64,000 nucleotides of DNA from Spirochaetia bacterium (GTDB lineage: Bacteria > Spirochaetota > Spirochaetia > WTKD01 > G963693115): contig CBDDCA010000006.1 in NCBI GenBank assembly GCA_965226055.1, forward strand, positions 800,001 through 864,000, given 5' to 3'. A program made the position numbers and the translations under genes. Of the stretch, positions 1 to 9,783 are shown in pieces. How positions within the stretch are numbered: the stretch's first letter is position 1; each line of letters starts with the position of its first letter. Under the pieces are notes generated by a model. It did no database searches, had not been told where the DNA came from, and saw only the letters and a program-made list of their open reading frames with translations.

Positions 1-1436
1 TATTTGATGTCCCAGCATTTAATAATGTTATTGTAAGCGGTTTAGTGCTGGCTGAAGATGGCAAAAAAATGAGTAAGTCTGAACGTAACTTTACTGATCC
101 TGTGGAAGTGATACATACTTTTGGTGCAGATGCTCTTAGATTGTTTCTTATGAATTCTTCGGTACTAAAGGCTGAAGACTTAAAATATTCTGATGAACAG
201 CTTAAAGAAGAAACAAAACGTTTTTTGCTTCCATTGTGGAGTGCGTATAGTTTTTTCGTAACATATGCCAATATAGATGGGGTAAGGCCCAGTACCTTAG
301 ATGATTTTGTCGCAAAGAATCCTCTTGATCAATGGATACTCTCAGAACTGTCATTGCTTATAGAGACTGTAGATCGCTGTTTAGATCAGTATACTATTTT
401 AGTAGCATTAAAAGCGTTATATAATTTCTTAGATATATTGAATAACTGGTATATTAGGCGTTCTCGAAGAAGGTTCTGGAGAAGTATAAATGATTATGAT
501 AAGATTGAGGGATATGAGTGCTTATATCGGGTACTTATAAACTTTGTCATGCTTACTGCCCCTATAGTGCCATTTATCAGTGAGGAAATTTATCAGAATC
601 TTAAAATAGAAGGAATGCCTGAATCGGTGCATTTATGTGATTTTCCTACACCGATATATGCAAGAGATGTCGATTTAGAACAACGTATGTCTTCGGTACA
701 AAAAGCTGTATTTTTGGGAAGAGGAATACGAAGTATGTATCAACTAAAAAATCGGCAGCCTTTAGCTACTCTGTATATTGTTACGAGAAATATGGAGGAA
801 CGAATAGCGTTACAAGAAATGGAAGATATACTCAAAGAAGAGCTTAATGTAAAAACAGTAGTGTTTCGTCAAAATGAAGAAGATCTTGTTTCGTATCAGG
901 TAAAAGCTAATTTCAAAGTGCTAGGAAAGGTGTTAGGAAAAAATATGAAGCAGGCAGCTCAGATGATTGCTTCTCTCAATTCTAATCAAATTCAGTCATT
1001 ACTAGAAGGGACTACTCTCACTATTGAAGTAAATGGTCAGGAAGTAGAATTACATAAAGACAATGTTATTGTGGACAGGCTTGAAAAAGATAATCTTAAA
1101 GTATTAAACGAAGGTTCTATGACCGTTGCACTTGATCCTACACTTACGTTAGAGTTACAACAAGAAGGCATTGTTCGAGATATTATTCGTTTAATACAAA
1201 TACAACGAAGAGAGCAAAATTTTACCATAACTGATAGAATAAAATTAGAAGTAACATTAAATGATGATATGTATATGTCTGCACTTGAATCTTTTAAGTC
1301 GTATGTGATGGAAGAAACATTGGCAGAGCATATTGTGATAAGTAGAAACAAGACATCTGACTCTTTTGTCTCTACTATGTATGATGTAAACTCTGTATCT
1401 ATTGAAATTGGGATGAAAAAAATACATGAAGCGTAA
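1..1436 (+). CDS. ileS: Isoleucine--tRNA ligase, C-terminal part (gene begins before the window)
   Basis: KMSKS motif, GADALR, anticodon-binding NWYIRRSRRRFW, ESVHL; long C-terminal extension typical of type-2 IleRS. Confidence 0.95.
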   Translation, partial: FDVPAFNNVIVSGLVLAEDGKKMSKSERNFTDPVEVIHTFGADALRLFLMNSSVLKAEDLKYSDEQLKEETKRFLLPLWSAYSFFVTYANIDGVRPSTLDDFVAKNPLDQWILSELSLLIETVDRCLDQYTILVALKALYNFLDILNNWYIRRSRRRFWRSINDYDKIEGYECLYRVLINFVMLTAPIVPFISEEIYQNLKIEGMPESVHLCDFPTPIYARDVDLEQRMSSVQKAVFLGRGIRSMYQLKNRQPLATLYIVTRNMEERIALQEMEDILKEELNVKTVVFRQNEEDLVSYQVKANFKVLGKVLGKNMKQAAQMIASLNSNQIQSLLEGTTLTIEVNGQEVELHKDNVIVDRLEKDNLKVLNEGSMTVALDPTLTLELQQEGIVRDIIRLIQIQRREQNFTITDRIKLEVTLNDDMYMSALESFKSYVMEETLAEHIVISRNKTSDSFVSTMYDVNSVSIEIGMKKIHEA

Positions 1437-2301
1437 TATATATTTTTCTTTGGTACTGCTCTTTGTTATTATTGTGTCAACTATAGGTTGTGCTTCTTCT
1501 GAGAAAAATGAGGAGACAGTAGAAGTTCCTATAGCTACTGAAGTGAAATTACCAAAGAGTCCTTTTTATAGTGGCTTTTCTTTATATGCTTTTGTGCAGG
1601 ATTCATCTCTTATAAAGAAAATTACAGCAGAAATATTGAAGAATGTTAATATTGACATTACTTTATTTGGGAATCTCATTAGAAAGATATATGTAAATAA
1701 GATAGACGATGATTTTTTAGTGTTTATTGAGGCTCGATTTGACAGTCTTGTCAGTAAAAAAAATATATTGAAAGTAAGCAGTATGCAGGCTATGGGGGTT
1801 GATGGACGATTATGGTCGCTTTCTGATCCAGAGTATGATATGCTTTATTTTGATATGCAGTATAAAAATGTAGTTGCAATTACTAATATTGATCCAGAGC
1901 TATACTTACATTTGCTTTTTGATTGGACGCTTAATGATGCTATTAAAGACACTGTTGATACAGAAAGTGGTTTTTGGCTTCATGGAAAACTTGATTTTAC
2001 TGATAAATTTTTGTTTGATAGTGGTTTTTCTCCTGAGTGGGGATTCATTACTTCTAATGGATATGATGCAGCAGGTTACTTGCTTACCACTGTTGCCATT
2101 CCTTATTCGGGCTTACGAAAGGATTTAGCAACTATTAAAATAATACTTCCAGCAATACTGGATAACTTTGATGTACGAGAAAATACTTCTCTTCCATTTA
2201 TTACATCTGTTGATACGACTATGATTATTGAGGGAATTCATATATCTCCTAAAAAAGTAGATGAATATATGGCATATATTACAAATTTTTCGTATAATTA
2301 G
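1426..2301 (+). CDS. Hypothetical lipoprotein
   Basis: 291-aa ORF overlapping the ileS stop; basic N-terminus, hydrophobic stretch and TIGC lipobox. Confidence 0.7.
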   Translation: MKRNIYFSLVLLFVIIVSTIGCASSEKNEETVEVPIATEVKLPKSPFYSGFSLYAFVQDSSLIKKITAEILKNVNIDITLFGNLIRKIYVNKIDDDFLVFIEARFDSLVSKKNILKVSSMQAMGVDGRLWSLSDPEYDMLYFDMQYKNVVAITNIDPELYLHLLFDWTLNDAIKDTVDTESGFWLHGKLDFTDKFLFDSGFSPEWGFITSNGYDAAGYLLTTVAIPYSGLRKDLATIKIILPAILDNFDVRENTSLPFITSVDTTMIIEGIHISPKKVDEYMAYITNFSYN

Positions 2302-2318
2302 GGGGTATTACATCTTTT

Positions 2319-2930
2319 ATGGTATTAGTGGTTGATTACGGGGCAGGAAACCTTGCTTCAGTAAAGAATAGTCTGGAATATTTAGGATATACTCCTCTTA
2401 TTAGCTCAAATAAAAAGGATATTCATCGTTGTACTCATATTATTGTGCCAGGCGTTGGTGATGGTTCGTATATGATGCAATGTTTGTATGCGTTAGGATG
2501 GACAGAAGTATTGATTGATTGGGCAGCAAAAGGAAATCCTCTTCTTGGTATTTGTGTTGGTGCACAAGTGCTGTTATCGTTTACTGAGGAAGGATCTCGT
2601 GATTGTTTGGATATTATTTCGGGTCATTGTAAAAAATTTAAGGCAGAACATAAACATGATAAAATACCGCATATGGGATGGAATACTATACGCTTTACAC
2701 AGGAGAATATTCCTTTATTAAGGGATATACAAAATGGAACAAATATGTATTTTGTTCATTCGTATTACTTATCTACTGAAACAGAAGATTCTACTCTTGC
2801 GTATACTGATTATATTGTTTCTTTTTCTTCTATCATAGCAAAGGAATCTGTGTTTGGAGTACAGTTTCATCCTGAAAAATCTGGTGCTAGTGGGTTGCAG
2901 TTACTACGTAATTTTTTGTCATACTACTAG
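2319..2930 (+). CDS. hisH: Imidazole glycerol phosphate synthase glutaminase subunit
   Basis: DYGAGN, PGVG, GICVG nucleophile, PHMGWN, YFVHSY, QFHPEKS. Confidence 0.96.
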   Translation: MVLVVDYGAGNLASVKNSLEYLGYTPLISSNKKDIHRCTHIIVPGVGDGSYMMQCLYALGWTEVLIDWAAKGNPLLGICVGAQVLLSFTEEGSRDCLDIISGHCKKFKAEHKHDKIPHMGWNTIRFTQENIPLLRDIQNGTNMYFVHSYYLSTETEDSTLAYTDYIVSFSSIIAKESVFGVQFHPEKSGASGLQLLRNFLSYY

Positions 2931-2989
2931 ATTTACATTACTAAATATAGTACAATATTACTACTTATTGTGAAAAAAGGAGGATAGTA

Positions 2990-3652
2990 ATGATTATGAG
3001 AGGTATATTACAATCTTCATTTGAGAAATATAATGAAATTGAGGAAAGAATCAAAGAGATAAAAGATAGTGAGCCTTTTAGGTCATGTAATTTTGAAAAT
3101 ATTAAAAGTGTAAAGGATGCCATAGTAGATTACTTAGAAAAAGAGAAAAATGTAGAATGTGAAATTTCCTCTGTTCCTACAAGAGAGAGTATATATGGTT
3201 CTTATGGGAGATTACAGTATCAACCGGATCCTAATACTGAGGATCATGAAGGAGCTAAAGTTAGTATAACATATGTTTCAGACGAGAATGAGAATGGAAA
3301 TAGAGTATTTACTCTCTTACATGAGTTTGGACATCTTATATTACATATTTTTCCTAATCAAGCTCAAAGAAGTACTGTGGTGGATAGAGAGCATGGGGTA
3401 GAAAAGTCATTGGTGGAAAGGGAAGCCGATGTGTTTGCGTCCATTTTTTTAGTTTCTCTAAGAGAAGTCGCTGAGTTTATTTATACTGAAGCAAAGAGAA
3501 ACGAGGAAGAAGGTGTCCGTATTAAAGATATTCTTGAAAACTTTAAAGACAGAATACCTAAAAGTGTTATGAAACTATCTTTGTTTGAAGAGGAGACTGC
3601 CATCAAGGACTTAATTCGTGAGCAAGAAAAAGAAAAACGCGAAGCCTCATAA
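2990..3652 (+). CDS. ImmA/IrrE (DUF955)-family zinc metallopeptidase, no evident HTH
   Basis: RVFTLLHEFGH (HExxH) and downstream EREADVFASIFL; AGGAGG RBS at 2978-2983. Confidence 0.8.
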   Translation: MIMRGILQSSFEKYNEIEERIKEIKDSEPFRSCNFENIKSVKDAIVDYLEKEKNVECEISSVPTRESIYGSYGRLQYQPDPNTEDHEGAKVSITYVSDENENGNRVFTLLHEFGHLILHIFPNQAQRSTVVDREHGVEKSLVEREADVFASIFLVSLREVAEFIYTEAKRNEEEGVRIKDILENFKDRIPKSVMKLSLFEEETAIKDLIREQEKEKREAS

Positions 3653-4514
3653 TTATTTTTTCTGTTTTTACTCAATAGATATTGTTGATTCCACAAGCCT
3701 AAAGTTATTACATGGTCAAAAAAAGTGGATGGAGGATATTCAAGATCTGAACGCTAAACTTCAAGGTTTGGAAATACCGTTATGGAAGTTTCTTGGAGAT
3801 GAATGGATTTTTTGTCAAAAGATACACAATATGTGTCAGTTTATGAAATATTATGATAATTTTCAGAAGATTATAGAAGTAACAAGTGATTTTGATCAGT
3901 CAGTGAGAGGGAGAATATGGATTATTGAAGAGGATGAAGATGTGTTGACAGAAATTGATAATGGGAAAAATAGGAGTAGTAATGCCGATGATGATAGTAT
4001 GTATTATAAATATGATAACAAGGATGAAATACAAGATTGGGTGAGTTTTTATTTGGACATAGGGTTTCGTTTTGGGAAATGTTGTAATGCATATGATATA
4101 GCAGTGTCTGTAGAGGTAGCATTTCTTCTTGCTTCAATAGTAAAATTAGATAGTAAGTTTTGTTTAGAATTACACTTGGATCATGAATACTATAAAAAAC
4201 TAGATAAACACCCTAAATATAGTCAGTATTCTGATAGATTGAAAGAGATATATGATTTTTGTCGGGGATTTGGAGCACAAAAACGATTTATGTATGCAAA
4301 AGAATCTAAATTGAAAGGGTTTCCCAAGTCGTATGCAAATATTATTCTTGCAAATAAAGGGCTTCGTGAAGAGTATCAAGAAGATATGTTACAATATGAA
4401 GAGGTTGATTTTGAAAAGATATATGCCTATACATCTCGTTTTATGAGAGAATCATTTGGACAAGAAAGACTTGAGTTGTATAGAGATTTATCAAAAAAAT
4501 ATCCACCTCTATAG
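3618..4514 (+). CDS. Class III nucleotidyl (adenylate/guanylate) cyclase-like protein
   Basis: SIDIVDST, WKFLGDE, DWVSFYLDIGFR, IAVS and LKG occur in the order of class III cyclase core motifs; GTG start overlaps the upstream gene by 35 nt. Confidence 0.6.
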   Translation: MSKKKKNAKPHNYFFCFYSIDIVDSTSLKLLHGQKKWMEDIQDLNAKLQGLEIPLWKFLGDEWIFCQKIHNMCQFMKYYDNFQKIIEVTSDFDQSVRGRIWIIEEDEDVLTEIDNGKNRSSNADDDSMYYKYDNKDEIQDWVSFYLDIGFRFGKCCNAYDIAVSVEVAFLLASIVKLDSKFCLELHLDHEYYKKLDKHPKYSQYSDRLKEIYDFCRGFGAQKRFMYAKESKLKGFPKSYANIILANKGLREEYQEDMLQYEEVDFEKIYAYTSRFMRESFGQERLELYRDLSKKYPPL

Positions 4515-4634
4515 TAGTGCTAAAAATTTTTTTTATTTTTGCTCGTACTATTTCGTTTTTCTTTGCTAATTTGCTATACTAGTAATAGTTTCTATGCAGT
4601 ATTGTATACTATGTAGAAAAATAGTACTTGTATT

Positions 4635-5402
4635 ATGTTAAAAAAAAGAGTGATAGTATGTCTTGATGTGTGTAAAGGAAAAGTAACAAAAGGCATTCGA
4701 TTTAAGAATAATAGTGAAATAGGTGATCCTGTAGAGCTTGCTCAGCATTATTATGAGGCTGGGGCAGACGAGTTAGTGTTTTATGATATTACTGCGTCTT
4801 TTGAACAGAGGGCTATCATGATACATATTGTGAAGGATATAGCAAGACATATATATATACCTTTTTCGGTGGGGGGAGGCATACAATCGGTACAGGATAT
4901 GCATAACTTACTTTTGGCTGGAGCAGAAAAAGTAAGTGTTAATAGCTTAGCGGTACTTAATCCAGCTATTATTGATGAAGGAGCAAAGCATTTTGGAAGT
5001 CAATGCATAGTGTTGGGGTTGGATGTATTAGCAGATGCGTTAATGCCAAGTGGGTATAGGGTTGTTATTCGAGGAGGGAGAGAGAAAGTAGATAAGGATG
5101 CTTTGGCTTGGGCAAAAGAGGCTGTTAATCGAGGGGTAGGGGAGATTGTACTCAATAGTATAGATGCAGATGGAACAAAGGAAGGCTACGAGTGTGTGAT
5201 AACACGTTGTATTTCAGAAGAAGTGACTGTTCCCGTAGTAGCTTCTGGAGGAGCTGGTATCCCCGATCATTTAGTGGAAGTATTATCTTCTGCGAAGGCT
5301 GATGCTGCTTTAATTGCATCGATGGTGCATTATGGCACTTACAGTATTGCTGATATAAAGGCGGCTCTTAAGCAAGCTGGCATCCCTATTAGGGAAGAAT
5401 AA
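4635..5402 (+). CDS. hisF: Imidazole glycerol phosphate synthase cyclase subunit
   Basis: KRVIVCLDV, GADELVFYDITAS, VGGGI, SIDADGT, ASGGAG. Confidence 0.97.
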   Translation: MLKKRVIVCLDVCKGKVTKGIRFKNNSEIGDPVELAQHYYEAGADELVFYDITASFEQRAIMIHIVKDIARHIYIPFSVGGGIQSVQDMHNLLLAGAEKVSVNSLAVLNPAIIDEGAKHFGSQCIVLGLDVLADALMPSGYRVVIRGGREKVDKDALAWAKEAVNRGVGEIVLNSIDADGTKEGYECVITRCISEEVTVPVVASGGAGIPDHLVEVLSSAKADAALIASMVHYGTYSIADIKAALKQAGIPIREE

Positions 5403-5541
5403 CGGAGGAAACATACAGTAGGTGGTGTTGCCCATGTACAGGAGTAAGTATTGTATGTGTAGTACAGTATGTATAGTACAATACAGTAGATAGATAAATA
5501 GAAAATGAAGAGAGTATAAAATAGTATAGAAAGGATGTATT

Positions 5542-5904
5542 ATGCCAACATATGATTATCAATGTTCAAGTTGTAATGAAGTTATAGAAATATTTCATTC
5601 AATAAAAGATTCTCCTAAAAGAAAATGCCCTCAGTGTAGCAATTTGACTCTTAAGCGCTTGATATCAGGAGGAGCAGGAGTACTGTTTAAGGGGGACGGG
5701 TTTTATGTGAATGACAGTAAATCTGTGAGTAGTGCTAAAAAAGCGGATGTAAAAGCTGCAGATAAGAAGCCTGATTCAACATCGGGAAGCAATACAGAGA
5801 GTACGCCTAACAAGGAGAAAAAGGAACATTCTTCTTCTGATGTTTCTTCTAAACAGAAAGCAAAGGAAACAAGCACTACAGATAAAAAGAGTAGTGTAAC
5901 ATAG
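5542..5904 (+). CDS. FmdB-family zinc-ribbon protein with low-complexity S/K tail
   Basis: MPTYDYQCSSC...CPQC...FKGDGFYVND. Confidence 0.9.
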   Translation: MPTYDYQCSSCNEVIEIFHSIKDSPKRKCPQCSNLTLKRLISGGAGVLFKGDGFYVNDSKSVSSAKKADVKAADKKPDSTSGSNTESTPNKEKKEHSSSDVSSKQKAKETSTTDKKSSVT

Positions 5905-5914
5905 AGTATAACTA

Positions 5915-7042
5915 TTGTATATACATAGTTATGTGTATTATTATGCGGGAGTAATTATTAGCATCAGCGAAGCCGTTTATACAATTAAAGATTTTGTTAC
6001 AGAAAAAGGTTACTGTTTCAAAGATTTTCGTTTACATTATACTGTGTATGGCACATTGAATGCACAGAAAGATAACATAGTATGGATACTTCATCCACTT
6101 ACTGCAACAGATGATCCTACAAAGTGGTGGGCGGGTATTGTAGGGGAAAGACATGTGTTTGATCCTAATAGGTACTGTATTATCTGTGTGAATAATCCCA
6201 TCTCACCGTATGGTTCTATTTCTCCTTTGGATATTAATCCTAAAACGCAACAACAGTATTTACATGATTTTCCTTTTATCAGTATGAAAGATTGTATAAG
6301 AGCGTTTGATATATTGCGAGAGCATTTAGAGATTACAAAAATAAGAATAGCATGTGGTACTTCAATGGGAGGACAGTTATTATATCAATGGCTTGTTAGC
6401 TATCCAGAGTCAATACGGACTGCTATTATTATAGCTGCAAATGCAAAAATTTCGTCATGGATGGTAGCCTATAATTATTTGCAGTTACAAAGTATTTATT
6501 CTGATCCATCATGGAAACGCAAGGATATATATGCAGGTAAACAAGGATTAAAGTTAGCACGACAGATTGCTTTTCTTTCTTTTCGTTCTCCTATCATTTT
6601 TCAGCTGTTTCAAAGTGTAAATATGCGACTCTCAAATGAAGCTGACGAGCAGGGGTTTGAAGAACCATTTAGAATAGATGATATGAAAAGGATGGTGAGT
6701 AGTTATTTAGAGTATCAAGGAACAAAATTTCTTGAACGATTTAATATTTTTTCATATATGGGATTGTTAGAAATGATGAATGAACATAATATACAAGGTG
6801 AGCATGAAACTATAGAGAAAGCACTTGGATCTATTAAAGCTGATGTGTTAAAGATTGGTATTGATTCAGATATACTTTTTTATCCGCGTGAAGTGAAATC
6901 TGTGCTTCCATTTATTCCTAAGGTGCAGTATAGGGAGATAAGTTCGGTATATGGGCATGATGCTTTTTTAGTAGAATATAAGCAGATGGAAGATATTATT
7001 ATTGATTATTTGCATCAAATTGATGAGTTTTATTTGCATTGA
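5915..7042 (+). CDS. metX: Homoserine O-acetyltransferase (alpha/beta hydrolase); start uncertain
   Basis: YGTLNAQKDN, HPLT, GTSMGG nucleophile elbow, DSDILF, YGHDAFL. Confidence 0.85.
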   Translation: MYIHSYVYYYAGVIISISEAVYTIKDFVTEKGYCFKDFRLHYTVYGTLNAQKDNIVWILHPLTATDDPTKWWAGIVGERHVFDPNRYCIICVNNPISPYGSISPLDINPKTQQQYLHDFPFISMKDCIRAFDILREHLEITKIRIACGTSMGGQLLYQWLVSYPESIRTAIIIAANAKISSWMVAYNYLQLQSIYSDPSWKRKDIYAGKQGLKLARQIAFLSFRSPIIFQLFQSVNMRLSNEADEQGFEEPFRIDDMKRMVSSYLEYQGTKFLERFNIFSYMGLLEMMNEHNIQGEHETIEKALGSIKADVLKIGIDSDILFYPREVKSVLPFIPKVQYREISSVYGHDAFLVEYKQMEDIIIDYLHQIDEFYLH

Positions 7043-7060
7043 TATGTATCGGATAGAAAG

Positions 7061-7759
7061 ATGGATAGTATGCATACGGGGATAGTGTACATTGTTGCTA
7101 GTCCTATAGGTAATTTGTCTGATATAAGCAGCCGTGCATTACATGTATTAGCGGATGTTTCGCTTATTGCATGTGAGGATACACGCACAAGTCGTAAGTT
7201 GCTTAGTCATTATGATATACATACAAAGATGGTGAGCTGTCATTCTCATAATGAGGAATATGTATTTTGTAAAACATTATTACCTATATTACAAAATAAT
7301 CAGTCTATTGCGTATCTTAGTGAAGCAGGAACACCTTGCATTAGTGATCCAGGAAATATAATAGTAGAGAAAGCGTTTGAACATAATATCAAGGTTATAT
7401 CAATTCCAGGGGCAAGTGCTGTTACATCAGTGGTAAGCATAGCAGGGTTACATGGAAAAGGCTTTATTTTTGAGGGGTTTCTTCCTAGAAAGAAGGGACA
7501 ACGTAAAAAAATACTTGAAACATATTTATATATTCAAAAAGCCTGTATTTTTTTTGAATCACAGTACAGGATAATATCGCTTTTGGAAGAGATTACAGAT
7601 ATTGATAAAAGTAGGAAAGTTCTTATTGTAAGGGAAATAAGTAAGGTATATGAGGAAGTAGTGCGTGGAACGGTAGAATACTTACTTGATCTGTATAAAA
7701 CAGGAAAAAAGGTCTTGAAAGGTGAGTTTACAATACTTGTATATCCTGTAAAAAACTGA
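7061..7759 (+). CDS. rsmI: 16S rRNA C1402 2'-O-methyltransferase
   Basis: PIGNLSDIS, ACEDTR, AGTPCISDPG, FEGFLP, KGEF. Confidence 0.95.
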   Translation: MDSMHTGIVYIVASPIGNLSDISSRALHVLADVSLIACEDTRTSRKLLSHYDIHTKMVSCHSHNEEYVFCKTLLPILQNNQSIAYLSEAGTPCISDPGNIIVEKAFEHNIKVISIPGASAVTSVVSIAGLHGKGFIFEGFLPRKKGQRKKILETYLYIQKACIFFESQYRIISLLEEITDIDKSRKVLIVREISKVYEEVVRGTVEYLLDLYKTGKKVLKGEFTILVYPVKN

Positions 7760-7787
7760 TAAAATTTATATATGTATTTGTCGATAA
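7760..7787 (+). promoter_or_regulatory. Sigma28 (FliA)-type promoter for flgM
   Basis: TAAA (7760-7763)-N16-GTCGATAA (7780-7787), close to consensus TAAA-N15/16-GCCGATAA, 21 nt before the flgM ATG. Confidence 0.75.
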
Positions 7788-7808
7788 CTAAATACACAAA
7801 GGAATAGC

Positions 7809-8114
7809 ATGGATATTAAAAAAGTTACTTCTGTACCATCAGTTCAACCTATCTCAAAGCAGAAGTCAGTTGATAAAACTAATACAGTACAAACAGAAAA
7901 GCGTAATGATAGTGTTGATCTTACAAAAAATGCAGAGCGACAGGCTTTGTACAAAAAGGCAATGGAAATCATTTCTAATACTCCTGATGTACGTATAGAT
8001 AAGGTTGAATCTGCAAAAAAATTGCTTACAACATATGACAATCCTTCTGATGAAGTGCTTACTGTTGTAGCAAACAAGATTCTTGATGGTTTTTCCTCCC
8101 AACCAGATAATTAG
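7809..8114 (+). CDS. flgM: Anti-sigma28 factor FlgM
   Basis: 101 aa, DSVDLT and TPDVRIDKV...VANKIL FlgM motifs; sigma28 promoter upstream. Confidence 0.8.
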   Translation: MDIKKVTSVPSVQPISKQKSVDKTNTVQTEKRNDSVDLTKNAERQALYKKAMEIISNTPDVRIDKVESAKKLLTTYDNPSDEVLTVVANKILDGFSSQPDN

Positions 8115-8219
8115 CATGTAATAAAACATATGTAATGCATATACTATATGTATAGTATGAGCATGTAATAGACAAAAAAAGTATACTGTTATTAGATATG
8201 GTATATAAGGAGGAATGTA

Positions 8220-9707
8220 TTGTCTAAGTATATTATTGCATTGGATCAAGGAACTACAAGTTCAAGAGCGTTAATTTTTGATAAAGAACAAACTATTGTT
8301 GCGATAAAACAACGGGAATTTTCTCAGATATACCCAAGAGCAGGGTGGGTAGAACATAACCCTATGGAGTTATGGGCAACTCAAAATTCAGTTATGACAG
8401 AAGCAATGTCATCATTACATATTCAGATACAAGATATAGAGAGTATTGGTATTACAAATCAAAGAGAAACTGTTGTTGTGTGGGATAAGGATACGGGAGA
8501 CCCTGTATATAATGCTATTGTATGGCAATGTAGGCGTACAGCAGATTTCTGTAATGAATTGAAGAGAGACAAAGAGATATGTCAATATATTGTCGATACT
8601 ACTGGGTTGGTCGTTGATGCATATTTTTCTGGAACGAAAATTAAGTGGATTCTTGATACTGTAGTAGGAGCTCGTGAAAAAGCTGAGGCAGGTAAGTTGT
8701 TGTTTGGAACGGTTGATACATGGCTTATTTGGAACTTAACACAAGGGAAGGTACATGTTACTGATTACACAAATGCTTCGCGGACACTCATTTTTAATAT
8801 TCATACATTGGAGTGGGATAGTACTCTCTTAGAGTATTTTGATATTCCTGCTGCGATGCTTCCTGTAGTGCAAGCATCGTCTTCTCTGTTTGGAGAAGTT
8901 CAGTATAAGGATAAGAGTATTCCTATTACTGGGGTTGCGGGCGATCAACAAGCAGCGTTGTTTGGACAGGCATGTTTTTCTTCTGGAGATATAAAGAATA
9001 CCTATGGTACTGGTTGTTTTATTTTGCAACATACGGGAAGTACTCCCATAAAAAGTAATAATGGCTTACTCACTACTGTTGCTGCAAGTATAGGAGAAGA
9101 GGGTACGCAGTATGCTTTAGAGGGAAGCGTGTTTATTGGTGGGGCTATTATTCAATGGTTGAGAGATGAATTGGGCATTATACAGGATGCGGTCGATACT
9201 GAGTATTTTGCAAACAAAGTGCATGATACTCATGGGGTGTATATCATACCTGCTTTTGTAGGGTTGGGTGCTCCTTATTGGGATTCGTCAGCAAGAGGTA
9301 CGATAGTAGGTCTTACACGTGGTGCTAATAAAAATCATCTTATACGAGCTGCGTTAGAGTCTATTGTGTTTCAAAGTGCTGATGTTATTTTTACCATGAT
9401 AAAAGATTCGGGCATAGCAGTGAACAGTGTTAAGGTAGATGGAGGGGCTTCGGCAAATAATTTTTTAATGCAGTTTCAAGCAGATATTGTAGGGACAGAT
9501 GTGCTGCGCTCTACTATTGCAGAGACAACAGCGCTTGGCGCGGCATATTTAGCAGGGTTATACACTGGGTTTTGGAATAGTAAAGAAGAGATAAAAGAAC
9601 GCTGGTGTCTTGATAAGAAATTTAGTTCTGGTATGCAATCAGATGAACGGGATGTAGTATATAAAAGATGGAAAAAAGCTGTAACAAAATCGCAGGGATG
9701 GGAATAG
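8220..9707 (+). CDS. glpK: Glycerol kinase
   Basis: [45 protein letters not shown]; TTG start with AGGAGG RBS. Confidence 0.97.
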   Translation: MSKYIIALDQGTTSSRALIFDKEQTIVAIKQREFSQIYPRAGWVEHNPMELWATQNSVMTEAMSSLHIQIQDIESIGITNQRETVVVWDKDTGDPVYNAIVWQCRRTADFCNELKRDKEICQYIVDTTGLVVDAYFSGTKIKWILDTVVGAREKAEAGKLLFGTVDTWLIWNLTQGKVHVTDYTNASRTLIFNIHTLEWDSTLLEYFDIPAAMLPVVQASSSLFGEVQYKDKSIPITGVAGDQQAALFGQACFSSGDIKNTYGTGCFILQHTGSTPIKSNNGLLTTVAASIGEEGTQYALEGSVFIGGAIIQWLRDELGIIQDAVDTEYFANKVHDTHGVYIIPAFVGLGAPYWDSSARGTIVGLTRGANKNHLIRAALESIVFQSADVIFTMIKDSGIAVNSVKVDGGASANNFLMQFQADIVGTDVLRSTIAETTALGAAYLAGLYTGFWNSKEEIKERWCLDKKFSSGMQSDERDVVYKRWKKAVTKSQGWE

Positions 9708-9783
9708 TATGTGTTTGGGTATTATGAGGGGTATTGTTATAATATGTAAAAATAAGGAATATTATTTTTAATGTATATGTAAT

